Translations under genes and position numbers: made by a program
Assembly: GCA_031458695.1 (NCBI GenBank)
Contig: JAVKJW010000001.1
Location: 160,001 to 224,000 of the forward strand
DNA length: 64,000 nucleotides
Direction of reading: 5' to 3'
Origin: Candidatus Thermofontivivens primus
GTDB lineage: Bacteria > Sysuimicrobiota > Sysuimicrobiia > Sysuimicrobiales > Thermofontiviventaceae
Notes under the pieces: model-generated
What the model was told of the DNA's origin: nothing
The model's input: the letters and a program-made list of their open reading frames with translations, nothing else
The model's database searches: none
Shown here: piece after piece, positions 1 through 9,009 of the stretch
Layout of the letters: each line of letters opens with the position of its first letter
How positions within the stretch are numbered: position 1 is the first letter of the stretch

Positions 1-1431
1 GCCCTTCCACACATTACCCGCATAGGGTGGTTCGACCCATGGACCCGCAGTCTTGTCCTAGAGGCAAGCAGCGGGACCCCTATTCTTGCCTTGGCCCTTG
101 CCACCGATCCCTCCCCTGACCATGTCCACCTGACCTTCCCTCACGATGCGACGGGGGGTTTTCGTTTCCAGCTCGGTCGCCGCATGCGCATGGAACCCGG
201 GGGGAAAGTTGCAGTTACCCTTTATGCTGCCGTGGCCCCGGAAGGAGACGGGGCACGGACCACCTCCGTCGACCTCCGGCGCAGGACGTGGGAGACGCTC
301 TTCCAGGAGACCGAGACCTGGCTACACAGGCGGAGACTCCCCCTCGAAGGGAAGGTGGGGGAGGTGGTGCAACGGAACCTGCTCTTTTGCTACTTCTACG
401 CGTGGGGGCGGACCATCGACACAGAGGAGGGGGTGCTGGTCACTTCGCGCAGCCCGCGGTACTATGTCTCCGCTGCGTATTGGGCCCGAGACGCGCTTCT
501 CTGGACACTTCCCGCCCTCCTCCTCGTAGATCCCCCAACTGCCAAAGCAGCCCTGCTTTACGCCTTCTCGACGCAATGGAGGAATCCCGGCATCCACGCA
601 CAGTACCTCAATGGAAGCGTGCTGTACCCGGGGTTCGAACTCGACGAGCTTGCCGCCTACCCCATAGCCATGGAGCGCTACCTCCTCACGACTGGTGACC
701 TCGCCATCCTCCGGGAGGATAGCGTCCGAAAAGTCTTAGAGGGGTACCCTGAGGAACTTGAGAAGCATCGTGGCCCTCATGGCCTCTACGAAACCTTTTT
801 GGATCCTTCCGACGACCCACCCCAGTACCCCTACCTTACGTACGACAACGTGCTGGCGTGGAGGGGTCTTGTAGCCTGCAGCACAGTTTGGGAATGGCTT
901 GGGGAACAGAGGAAATCTCAGAGGATCCGAGGCCTTGCGGATCGCCTGGCCGCACTGATCCAGAAGTGGTGCATCGTGGAAGGACCGCTTGGACCAATGT
1001 TCGCCTGGGCTGTGGATGGAGAAGGACGCTTCCAGCTCTACGACAACCCTCCCGGGAGCCTCCAGCTTCTCGCCTATTATGGCTTCTGCACACCGGACGA
1101 TCCCGTCTTCCTCAACACTGTGCGCTGGATCCACTCCCCGCACAATCCCCACTATGTTCAGGGACCATTCGGGGAAGCTGGATCCGCGCACGCACCTCAC
1201 CCTTGGCCTATGGCAGCCGCAAACAGTCTCCTGGCGGGGCGCAGGGAGGCGCTGGACTTCTTCCTCCGTGCGGAGATGGATAACGGGATCGCTTGCGAGA
1301 CCGTCGATGTGGAGACTGGACGCGTCAAGACAGGCGCCGCATTTGCCTCCTGTGCCGGATGGATTGCCTCAGCGATCCTCACGAGTTCCAAGTGGGCAGG
1401 TTCCAAGCCCCGTGCAACCCCTTCCATTTGA
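1..1431 (+). CDS. Six-hairpin glycoside hydrolase, GH125/GH15-like (5'-partial, frame open from base 1)
   Basis: No stop in frame 1 from position 1; motifs YW.RD, ELDELAAY, F.DPSDDP and YDNPPGSL resemble GH125-type (alpha/alpha)6 glycosidases. Confidence 0.65.
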   Translation, partial: ALPHITRIGWFDPWTRSLVLEASSGTPILALALATDPSPDHVHLTFPHDATGGFRFQLGRRMRMEPGGKVAVTLYAAVAPEGDGARTTSVDLRRRTWETLFQETETWLHRRRLPLEGKVGEVVQRNLLFCYFYAWGRTIDTEEGVLVTSRSPRYYVSAAYWARDALLWTLPALLLVDPPTAKAALLYAFSTQWRNPGIHAQYLNGSVLYPGFELDELAAYPIAMERYLLTTGDLAILREDSVRKVLEGYPEELEKHRGPHGLYETFLDPSDDPPQYPYLTYDNVLAWRGLVACSTVWEWLGEQRKSQRIRGLADRLAALIQKWCIVEGPLGPMFAWAVDGEGRFQLYDNPPGSLQLLAYYGFCTPDDPVFLNTVRWIHSPHNPHYVQGPFGEAGSAHAPHPWPMAAANSLLAGRREALDFFLRAEMDNGIACETVDVETGRVKTGAAFASCAGWIASAILTSSKWAGSKPRATPSI

Positions 1432-1485
1432 ACCTCCCCCATGTGCCGTGAGGAACCTCCGTCCAGAAGCGATCTTCGTATCCCA

Positions 1486-2751
1486 TTATGCCAGAGAGAA
1501 AGCGATCCTCCCCTCCACAAACGTTAGGTGCACGGTGAACGCCTCATCGAGCACAACAAGATCTGCATCGTAGCCCAACGCAATCCGGCCCTTCCTGTCC
1601 CCTACCCCGGCGATCCCCGCGGGGACAGCGGTGGCCATGGAGACCGCGTCGCATCGCGAGAATCCCCAGCTTACCATGTTTGCAACCGCTCGCTCCATGG
1701 TCAGGGTGCTTCCCGCCAGCGTGCCATCGGGCAACCTCGCTTCCCTCCCCGAAACCATGATCTCCTGGCCAAAGAGCTCGTAGACACCATCCCTAAGACC
1801 AGCCGCCCGGATGGCATCGGTGATGAGGGCGATTCCTTCCCTCCCCTTCACGCGAGCTACGAGCGCGATCACGGCAGGGTGGACATGGATCCCGTCGGCA
1901 ATGATCTCCGCGCGTACCTGCCCTTCCAGAAGCACCGCGCCGGCCACCCCAGGTTCCCTGTGGTGAAGAGGGCGCATGGCGTTAAAGAGATGGGTAGCAT
2001 GCCGCGCCCCCAGCACGATGGCCCGAGAGGCCTGAACCCATGTGGCGTCTGTGTGCCCTAGGGAGATGGTAACACCCCTGTCCACGAGGAACTGCATCAA
2101 CTCCTCTGGCCACAGCTCGGGAGCCAGGGTAATCAACACCCAGTGTCCCCTTGCCATGCGGAGAACCTCTTCGAGGAGCGGCTGGCTGGGGGGTAGGAGG
2201 AACTCCAAAGGCTGGGCTCCCCTTCGTTTGGGATTGATGAAGGGTCCCTCGAGATGGAGCCCGAGAATACGAGCCCCAGGCCAGTCCACAGCTTCCGCGG
2301 CCTCGGCCACGGTTCCTACGGCACCAAGGATCCTCGGCCAGGGCGCTGTTCCCACAGTAGCCAGGAGAGCTGTTGTCCCATGCGCCGCATGGAATGTGGA
2401 GATGGTCTTCAGCGCTTCCTGGGTGCCGTCCAATACATCCGCCCCCCCGCCGCCGTGGACATGGAGATCGATGAAGCCGGGCACCACCGTTGCACCTCCT
2501 ACATCCACGGACGGGAGATTCATTAAACCTTGAACCCCACTTCCGCTAAGGATGGCCGCGATGCGGCCTTTCTCCACGAGAAGGACCGCATCGTGGATCT
2601 CCTCCCAAGGGGTAAGCAGGCAACCGATGTTCCGGATGCTGAAGCGATCCGGCGGATTTGTAGGATCGTACCCGGAGAAGCAGATTTGAACCATATCCTG
2701 ATAGCGCTTAGGGACAAAGCAGTATCGGATCTCTGGACGCTCATAGAACAA
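1486..2751 (-). CDS. nagA: N-acetylglucosamine-6-phosphate deacetylase (start uncertain)
   Basis: PGFIDLHVHG, GLHLEGPF, THLFNAM, LAGS motifs. Confidence 0.92.
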   Translation of the reverse strand: MFYERPEIRYCFVPKRYQDMVQICFSGYDPTNPPDRFSIRNIGCLLTPWEEIHDAVLLVEKGRIAAILSGSGVQGLMNLPSVDVGGATVVPGFIDLHVHGGGGADVLDGTQEALKTISTFHAAHGTTALLATVGTAPWPRILGAVGTVAEAAEAVDWPGARILGLHLEGPFINPKRRGAQPLEFLLPPSQPLLEEVLRMARGHWVLITLAPELWPEELMQFLVDRGVTISLGHTDATWVQASRAIVLGARHATHLFNAMRPLHHREPGVAGAVLLEGQVRAEIIADGIHVHPAVIALVARVKGREGIALITDAIRAAGLRDGVYELFGQEIMVSGREARLPDGTLAGSTLTMERAVANMVSWGFSRCDAVSMATAVPAGIAGVGDRKGRIALGYDADLVVLDEAFTVHLTFVEGRIAFSLA

Positions 2752-2877
2752 TTGACCTTGAGGGGCTTAAGCTCCTGCTTCCACTCAGGCAACTTAGGGA
2801 GTTTCCCCTACACGCAGTGCATCACGTCGCCTAAATTTTGTAGCGCTAAGCCTCCGCGCCTACCCCATGTGGGTTGA

Positions 2878-2920
2878 ACAAAAAGGGGACGTGATGTCAG
2901 GAGGAAACACCACGCCCCCT
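2878..2920 (-). terminator. Intrinsic terminator downstream of the MCP gene
   Basis: Minus strand GGGGCGTGGTGT..ACATCACGTCCCC then a T run; a second hairpin GGGTAACCT-CGG-AGGTTACCC lies at 2943-2963. Confidence 0.6.
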
Positions 2921-2963
2921 CCTATTGGAGGTGAATCCAACAGGGTAACCTCGGAGGTTACCC

Positions 2964-4688
2964 CTATACCTTGAATTGGGACACCAGTCCCTGGAGCTCC
3001 TGAGCTAAGGCAGCGAGGCTATTGGCGCTCTGGGCGATCTGCGTGATGGAGGCAGTGACCTCCTCGGTACCCGCGCTCACTTCCTGGGCGCTCGCAGCGT
3101 TCTGTTCGCTCGTGGCCACAACCTGCTCTACAGCCTTTGAGATATGCGTCGTACCGCTGCTGAGCTGCTCGGTGGCTGAACTCACCCCCTGGGTCTGCCC
3201 GGAGATCTGCACCACCGCCTTGCGGATGCTCTCAAAGGCGCTCCCCGTCTCCTCCACCACCGTAACCCCTTGCTCCACTTCCCTGGTCCCCTGCGCCATG
3301 GCCTCTACAGCTCGCTCGGTCTCCTCCCGGATCTCCTCTAAGAGCTTTTGGATCTCTTTGGCAGACTTCGCAGAGTTCTCGGCAAGCTTGCGCACCTCGT
3401 CGGCAACCACGGCAAACCCCCTCCCATGCTCCCCTGCCCGCGCCGCCTCAATCGCCGCGTTCAGGGCAAGGAGGTTGGTCTGGTCGGCAATGCCGGTGAT
3501 GACATTGACAATCTCGCCAATGTTCTTGCTCTTTTGCTCAAGCCCCCGGATGACGCTCGCCGAGTTCCCCACGGCCTCCTGGATGGTGTGCATGACTTTC
3601 TTGACCTGGAGGACAGCTTCCCCTCCATGGCCGCTGAGCTGGGTGGCGTCCTGGCTCGCTTGAGCCACCTGGTTGGCGATCTGGGCCACTTCCTGGATAT
3701 TTTTGGCCATGTGTCGGATGGTCTGCACTGCCTCGTTCATGCTCTGGACCTGCTGCTGGGCTCCCTGGGCCACCCCCTGGATGGTCCGCGCCACCTCGTT
3801 CACCGCCCCGGTGACCTCCTCGGTCGTGGCCGCAAGCTCTTGGCTGTGGGAGGAGAGGCTCTGGGCGGTTTCCCCAATACGCCGCACCACTTCGGCGATC
3901 TTGTCTACAAAGGCGTTAAACCAGCAGGCCACCTGGCCAACCTCGTCCTGGGACTTCACCTCTAGGCGCCGGGTGAGGTCGCCCTCTCCTTCCGCAATAT
4001 CTCGCAAGGCGTCCACAATCTTCCGGATCGGCCTTGCAATCATTCCGTAGGCAAGGACCACGATGAATACCCCTACAAGGGTTCCAAACACGAGGAAAAC
4101 GAGGAGGACCTCCACGGAGCGTTTCACAGTCCTCTCGATGGTGGCCTTCGCTTTCCCATTGACATCCTCCAGGCGCCTGACTACCCCATCAGCCAGGGAG
4201 GTCAGCATCTGGAATTGATCCTGCTGAACCTGCATAGCCAGATCTTTAATCTCCCCGACACGACCCGCATAGGCAGCAGGGATAAGCTGGGTTTCAATGA
4301 CACCTTTGGCTTCCTCCCACTTTGATTTGGCCTCCGAGAGGAGCGCGGGGATCTGATCATCCTCTACAGTCGACTGAGCAAGCAGGGAGAGCTGTACCTC
4401 AATAAGAGAGGAGAGTTCTTTGATGTTCTGATTCAGCGCGTCCTGCTCTGCCCGGTCTGTAGATGCAACCAGCTTCGCGACCAAGGCGTCCACCGCGTTG
4501 AGGTTCGCCTTGAGGTCCATCGCAGTTGTCGTTGTCGGGAAATGTACGGTGAGAATCCTCCTGAGAAGTCGGTCCACGCGATGAAGCCCGGAATAACCGA
4601 CATACACACTTACGCCAATCGCCACAATCCCAGCCACTGTCACAATCAGGAGTTTAGAGGCAATTGGAAGATCACGGAAGGAACGCAC
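2964..4688 (-). CDS. Methyl-accepting chemotaxis protein (2 TM, four-helix sensor, HAMP, signalling domain)
   Basis: [38 protein letters not shown] signature. Confidence 0.95.
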   Translation of the reverse strand: MRSFRDLPIASKLLIVTVAGIVAIGVSVYVGYSGLHRVDRLLRRILTVHFPTTTTAMDLKANLNAVDALVAKLVASTDRAEQDALNQNIKELSSLIEVQLSLLAQSTVEDDQIPALLSEAKSKWEEAKGVIETQLIPAAYAGRVGEIKDLAMQVQQDQFQMLTSLADGVVRRLEDVNGKAKATIERTVKRSVEVLLVFLVFGTLVGVFIVVLAYGMIARPIRKIVDALRDIAEGEGDLTRRLEVKSQDEVGQVACWFNAFVDKIAEVVRRIGETAQSLSSHSQELAATTEEVTGAVNEVARTIQGVAQGAQQQVQSMNEAVQTIRHMAKNIQEVAQIANQVAQASQDATQLSGHGGEAVLQVKKVMHTIQEAVGNSASVIRGLEQKSKNIGEIVNVITGIADQTNLLALNAAIEAARAGEHGRGFAVVADEVRKLAENSAKSAKEIQKLLEEIREETERAVEAMAQGTREVEQGVTVVEETGSAFESIRKAVVQISGQTQGVSSATEQLSSGTTHISKAVEQVVATSEQNAASAQEVSAGTEEVTASITQIAQSANSLAALAQELQGLVSQFKV

Positions 4689-4760
4689 CTCAGACCCCCC
4701 TTTCCCGCCAAACCACGCTGTCCTTCACTTCACATAGGAACGCTCAAAAACAACGAAAGT

Positions 4761-4776
4761 AGCAATCCCGATGCCA
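4761..4776 (-). promoter_or_regulatory. sigma54 (-24/-12) promoter of the MCP gene
   Basis: Minus strand TGGCATCGGGATTGCT with GG-N10-GC, about 70 nt upstream of the start. Confidence 0.6.
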
Positions 4777-4842
4777 CGAGAGAGGTAAACCGCAGTGAAG
4801 TGGTGGGAAGAGGCTCTCCTATAGAGGGGAAAGGCTAAGATC

Positions 4843-5571
4843 TTAAGCAGTGCAAGGTTCGACGTACACAGCGGAGGCGAGGGCGAGGGGAAGCAGGTGT
4901 TCTGTGTCACCCACCTCCACGACGATCTGCCCCTCCTCCGCTTCGAGGCGGAGGACGTGGATGGTTGCTTCCGGCAGGAGTCCCAGCCTTGCAAGATTCC
5001 TCAGGACATCTGGATCCTCGTCGCTGACCCTACGGATCACAGCTCGCTGGCAGGGGGTGAGGTTGAGGAGCGATTGGTATTCTCGAGTGGCCACCACCCC
5101 TTCCTTCGTGGGGATAGGGTCCCCATGGGGATCCGTCGCGGGATAGCCGAGGAGGGCATCCATCCGCTCCTCCAGTTCTTCGGAGAGGACGTGTTCCAGC
5201 CGTTCGGCCTCATCATGAATCTGATCTATGGGAACCCCCAAGGCTTCGGCAAGGTAGCGCTCCAGGAGGCGATGGTGGCGGATGATCTCGAGAGCCATTT
5301 TCTCCCCCGCAGGGGTCAGCTCCACACCACGGTAAGGAGTATGACGAACGAGGTTCATCCGGGCGAGACGCTTGATCATATTCGTGACCGATGGAGGAGC
5401 CACGGCCAGCCTCTCGGCAATCGCCGAGGTCGTCACGACCTGTCCAGCACGCTGGAGTTTATAGATCGCCTTGAGGTAGTCCTCCACAGCCTTGCTGACA
5501 GAGGCGCGCTCAGGACCCTCACGTTCTGCCCGCGTTCCTTCTTCGTAGTGGGAATCGTGTCTTGTCACCAC
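4843..5571 (-). CDS. DtxR/MntR-family metal-dependent repressor with FeoA domain
   Basis: EDYLKAIY, RHHRLLE, EAERLEH, DPHGDPIP motifs. Confidence 0.93.
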   Translation of the reverse strand: MVTRHDSHYEEGTRAEREGPERASVSKAVEDYLKAIYKLQRAGQVVTTSAIAERLAVAPPSVTNMIKRLARMNLVRHTPYRGVELTPAGEKMALEIIRHHRLLERYLAEALGVPIDQIHDEAERLEHVLSEELEERMDALLGYPATDPHGDPIPTKEGVVATREYQSLLNLTPCQRAVIRRVSDEDPDVLRNLARLGLLPEATIHVLRLEAEEGQIVVEVGDTEHLLPLALASAVYVEPCTA

Positions 5572-5688
5572 GCCTTCATTCTATCGGTGCGCCGTTTCCC
5601 CCGTCAAGTGAGCCTCTTGTCCCGAGTTCGCCCGCCAAGGGCCCCTTCCGCTTCTCCACAAGTTTTGGGAAATCGGAGAACCCTCCCA

Positions 5689-5731
5689 TTGACAGGGATG
5701 TCTGGTATCCGGATAATTTAGATGGCTCTAA
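5689..5731 (+). promoter_or_regulatory. sigma70 promoter plus DtxR-family operator for the ZIP gene
   Basis: TTGACA(5689)-N17-GATAAT(5712), immediately followed by palindrome TTAGA-TGGC-TCTAA (5718-5731). Confidence 0.7.
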
Positions 5732-5794
5732 TTTTCTGTGGAGTATACTAAGAGCGCATTGGCGGCTCGCAAGGGGTGAGAAAGGAGACGGACC

Positions 5795-6574
5795 TTGGTG
5801 GAACAGCTTTTTACTTCACTCGCAGGCACCAACCCAGTCGTGCAAGGCCTCATCGGCGGTCTCGTGATCACCGCATTGAATACTATCGGAGCGTTAGTGG
5901 TCATCCTGTGGCGTACACCCTCAGAAAAGTTTCTCGACGCTGCGCTTGGTTTTGCAGCTGGTGTAATGCTCACAGCCAGCTTTACTAGCCTCATCCTTCC
6001 TGGTATTCGATACGGAGGGGTAATCCCTGTACTCCTTGGAATCGCCATTGGTGCCCTCGTCCTCAGTATGGCCGATCAGTGGGTCCCCCAACTCCACGTT
6101 GTCACAGGCCACGAAGGGAGCGCGTCACGGCTCAAAGCAGTCTGGCTCTTCATCATGGCCATTACCCTGCACAATATGCCAGAGGGACTCGCCGTAGGAG
6201 TCGGCTTTGGCTCAGGGGAACTTGCAAACGCCATAAAGCTCATGCTTGCCATCGGCATCCAAAACATTCCAGAGGGTCTTGCCGTCGCTGTTTCCTCTCT
6301 CTCTGTAGGGCTGAGTACGTACTTCTACGCGGCCTTCGTGGGAATCCGAGCGGGGCTGGTAGAGATCCCTCTTGCTCTGTTTGGGGCTTGGGCTGTCCAG
6401 GCGGTTCGGTCCATCCTCCCTTATGCGATGGGTTTTGCCGCCGGAGCAATGCTCTACGTCATCAGCGACGAGATTGTGCCTGAGACCCACCGCAGGGGAC
6501 ACGAACGCATGGCTACTTTCGGAACTGTCATCGGAGCCATCCTCATGCTCTATTTAGACGTTACGCTGGGTTGA
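5795..6574 (+). CDS. ZIP-family (ZupT/GufA) metal transporter
   Basis: ITLHNMPEGLAVG, IQNIPEG, EIVPETH motifs; multiple TM segments. Confidence 0.92.
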   Translation: MVEQLFTSLAGTNPVVQGLIGGLVITALNTIGALVVILWRTPSEKFLDAALGFAAGVMLTASFTSLILPGIRYGGVIPVLLGIAIGALVLSMADQWVPQLHVVTGHEGSASRLKAVWLFIMAITLHNMPEGLAVGVGFGSGELANAIKLMLAIGIQNIPEGLAVAVSSLSVGLSTYFYAAFVGIRAGLVEIPLALFGAWAVQAVRSILPYAMGFAAGAMLYVISDEIVPETHRRGHERMATFGTVIGAILMLYLDVTLG

Positions 6575-6608
6575 GCGCTCCCCAACACGTCCCTCTCGCC
6601 TCTAGAGG

Positions 6609-7418
6609 TCAGGGATTGTGCGCCTGCGGCGCGAAGGTCCAAGCCATGGGGTTTACGGGGCCATGTCCCTGACCGAGAGCCAGGCTATGACGAACTGCCA
6701 TGGTGACGAACTCCTTGGCCTCTTTGACAGCCTCCACCACGCTCTTGCCCTTCGCCAAACCAGCGGCGATCGCTGAGGCGTAGACACAACCTGTTCCATG
6801 GGTATTGTGGGTGTTCACTCTCTCCGCACGGAACTCATAGAACTGCTGGCCGTCGAACAGGACATCCACCGCCTCTCCCTTGAGGTGCCCCCCTTTGACC
6901 ACCACGTATTGAGGCCCGAGGGCATGGATGGCCTTGGCGGCTTCGCGCATGGAGGAGATGTCCTCAATCTCCATCCCAGTGAGTGCTCTAGCTTCATGAA
7001 GGTTGGGGGTCACTACTGTGGCCACCGTGAGCAACACCCCCTTCAGCGCGTCTATAGCCTCAGGACGGAGGAGGGGAGATCCACTCTTGGCGATCATCAC
7101 AGGATCCACCACGACGGGAGAAAGATGGTACTCGCGGATCTTGCTCGCCACTGCCTCAATGATCGCAGCGTTCGAGAGCATCCCCGTCTTGACGGCGTCT
7201 ACCCCGATATCCTTGACCACCACATCGATCTGCTGGGCCACGAACTCCGGGGGCATCTCGACCACCCCGTAGACCCCGGTCGTGTTCTGGGCAGTCAAAG
7301 CGGTGATAGCCGTCATCCCGAAGGCGCCCAGGGCAGAAACGGTCTTTAAGTCTGCCTGGATTCCGGCACCCCCTCCAGAGTCTGATCCAGCAATGATGAG
7401 CACACGGGGAATCGCCAT
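6609..7418 (-). CDS. thiD: Hydroxymethylpyrimidine/phosphomethylpyrimidine kinase
   Basis: [24 protein letters not shown] motifs. Confidence 0.95.
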   Translation of the reverse strand: MAIPRVLIIAGSDSGGGAGIQADLKTVSALGAFGMTAITALTAQNTTGVYGVVEMPPEFVAQQIDVVVKDIGVDAVKTGMLSNAAIIEAVASKIREYHLSPVVVDPVMIAKSGSPLLRPEAIDALKGVLLTVATVVTPNLHEARALTGMEIEDISSMREAAKAIHALGPQYVVVKGGHLKGEAVDVLFDGQQFYEFRAERVNTHNTHGTGCVYASAIAAGLAKGKSVVEAVKEAKEFVTMAVRHSLALGQGHGPVNPMAWTFAPQAHNP

Positions 7419-7476
7419 TGCCCTTTCCTCCTCTTTCTTACCCGCTCCTTGTCCCCTTTTGCACTCGTCACTTGTT

Positions 7477-8148
7477 TTACACCGGCCACGTTTCCATCCG
7501 GTAAGCCGCCTCCCAGAAGAGATACTCGTACCTGCTGCTCACAAGGAACGCCTCCTCCATACGCTGCCGTTCCTGCGCCGTTGCCTCCCGGCCGAGCTGG
7601 TCTACCAGCCCCTTGCACCATTCCGCGAGCTCTGCGAACTCCTTGCTGCTGTACATATCGATCCATTTGGCATAGCGAGGATCGCGAGGCCGCGGACCGG
7701 AAGCCAGGCGTTGGCCGATCTCGCAGAACCCCCACATGCAGGGCAGCAGCGCTGCCGCAAGCTCCTCAAACGAGCCTAGAGCCGCGGTACACTTGAGGAA
7801 GTCGGTGTAGGCTTGGGTTGTAGGAGATTTCTGCTCCCGTTCAAGCTCCTCCGGGGAGATCCCGAACTCCGCTGCATAGGCACGATGGAGATCCATCTCC
7901 ACCTCCAAGGTGGACCGGGCCAGCTCAGCAAACCGACGCATAGCCGGGAGATCCGGAGCCCTCGCCGAGGCCATGGCGAGAACGCGCGCGTAGTCGATCA
8001 AAAATAGGTAGTCCTGGCGGACCCAGTACTTGAACCGCTCCAGCTCAAGGGTCCCATCCCCAATCCCCCGGACGAACGGGTGGTTGTGTTGAGCTTCCCA
8101 AATAGAGGATGCGACCTTTCGAAGGTACTCGCTGAACCGCTCTTCCAC
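7477..8148 (-). CDS. tenA: Thiaminase II / aminopyrimidine aminohydrolase
   Basis: HPFV..IGDGTL, QDYLFL, LLPCMW, YEYLFWE motifs; GTG start at 8148 after GGAGGG. Confidence 0.9.
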   Translation of the reverse strand: MEERFSEYLRKVASSIWEAQHNHPFVRGIGDGTLELERFKYWVRQDYLFLIDYARVLAMASARAPDLPAMRRFAELARSTLEVEMDLHRAYAAEFGISPEELEREQKSPTTQAYTDFLKCTAALGSFEELAAALLPCMWGFCEIGQRLASGPRPRDPRYAKWIDMYSSKEFAELAEWCKGLVDQLGREATAQERQRMEEAFLVSSRYEYLFWEAAYRMETWPV

Positions 8149-8387
8149 GGTGCTCCCTCCAATCATCCACAATATAGCACCTCTGGGATGCTGCAAACAA
8201 CCGACCTTCAAGACGCAAGGACGGAAGGTCTTCATGGGTAAGGTAGAGAGAATTTCTATTGAGCTTCCCAGCTAGACTAGGAGAGTCTTTCTCGAAGTCC
8301 GTTCGGAAGAACTCTCTTCTCGGCAAGGTTCTAGAACTCACGATCCCGGAAAAACCCACCACCGCGAAAAATTTTCCTCAAGGTAAG

Positions 8388-8412
8388 AGGAATTCAACCG
8401 ATGTTGTCGAAT
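8388..8412 (+). promoter_or_regulatory. sigmaH-like promoter upstream of the riboswitch
   Basis: AGGA-N14-GTCGAAT; the same motif and spacing recurs at 12872, 42621 and (minus strand) 14019. Confidence 0.6.
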
Positions 8413-8435
8413 AGAAACAGCAGAAAAAGTGCATA

Positions 8436-8545
8436 TCCTGCCGATAAGGGCAAACCTACCGTGAGGTAGGGGCGCAAAGCCACGGGACCCTGGGTTAGGA
8501 AAACGAAGAGCACCCCAAGGTCAGCCGGGCTGCCGAAGTAGGGGG
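8436..8545 (+). ncRNA. Cyclic di-GMP-I (GEMM) riboswitch aptamer
   Basis: GGGCAAACCTACC-GTGA-GGTAGGGGCGCAAAGCC...CAGCCGGGCTGCCGAA; GNRA-capped P2; P1 pairing TCCTGC/GTAGGG; sits upstream of an HD-GYP gene. Confidence 0.9.
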
Positions 8546-8558
8546 AATTTCTTCGATG

Positions 8559-8593
8559 TGCCTGCTTCCTCACGGAGCAGGCATTGTTATTTT
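8559..8593 (+). terminator. Riboswitch expression-platform terminator
   Basis: TGCCTGCtTCC-TCAC-GGAGCAGGCA hairpin followed by TTGTTATTTT. Confidence 0.7.
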
Positions 8594-8712
8594 GTCACAT
8601 GTGTGAAAGCTCCCCGGGGGAGGAGGTGGATGGCGCCAGTACCAACGCTCGATGGATCCTCAGAGACCTACCCCGGAAGGCCTCAATCATTACGTTCAAG
8701 GAGGGAGAGTCC

Positions 8713-9009
8713 ATGCAGTTCAAGAGAATCTTAGCCAAGACGGTGCTATTCCTGCTACTATCCAGCCTGGTGATGGCAGTGGTCCCGGGTCTCAAGATCG
8801 AGCCTCTGGGCTTCGAGTTGGAGGGCCAGTCCATTGCCTATGCTGGGTTTGAACTCGGCGATAGCCCTGCTTGGTCGGGAACGGGTGCGGCGAATGCCTC
8901 CGATACGGCCAAAGCTGTCACGGCAGGGCTTGACCCCGGCAGCAACGCATCCGATACGGCTGTGAATGCCGCTGGAGTGAAACCCAATAGCAACCGCCAG
9001 TCGCCATGA
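8713..9009 (+). CDS. Small secreted protein (98 aa) with signal peptide and internal repeats
   Basis: RBS GGAGGGAG; MQFKRILAK-TVLFLLLSSLVMA signal-like N-terminus; NASDTA x2 and GFEL x2; ATGA overlap with the next gene. Confidence 0.7.
   Translation: MQFKRILAKTVLFLLLSSLVMAVVPGLKIEPLGFELEGQSIAYAGFELGDSPAWSGTGAANASDTAKAVTAGLDPGSNASDTAVNAAGVKPNSNRQSP

Noticed and set aside
8150..8380. TPP riboswitch upstream of tenA-thiD
   Set aside because: Hairpins exist, but the conserved CTGAGA and ACCTGA segments were not found on the minus strand.
8378..8404. Overlapping sigma28-like motif TCAAG-N14-ACCGATGT
   Set aside because: Imperfect -10 and a single instance; the recurring AGGA-N14-GTCGAAT motif explains the site better.
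8630..8734. 34-codon uORF (MAPVPTLDG...) after GGAGGAGG in the riboswitch leader
   Set aside because: It overlaps the better-supported 8713 ORF out of frame and has no recognisable composition; cannot be supported without Ribo-seq.
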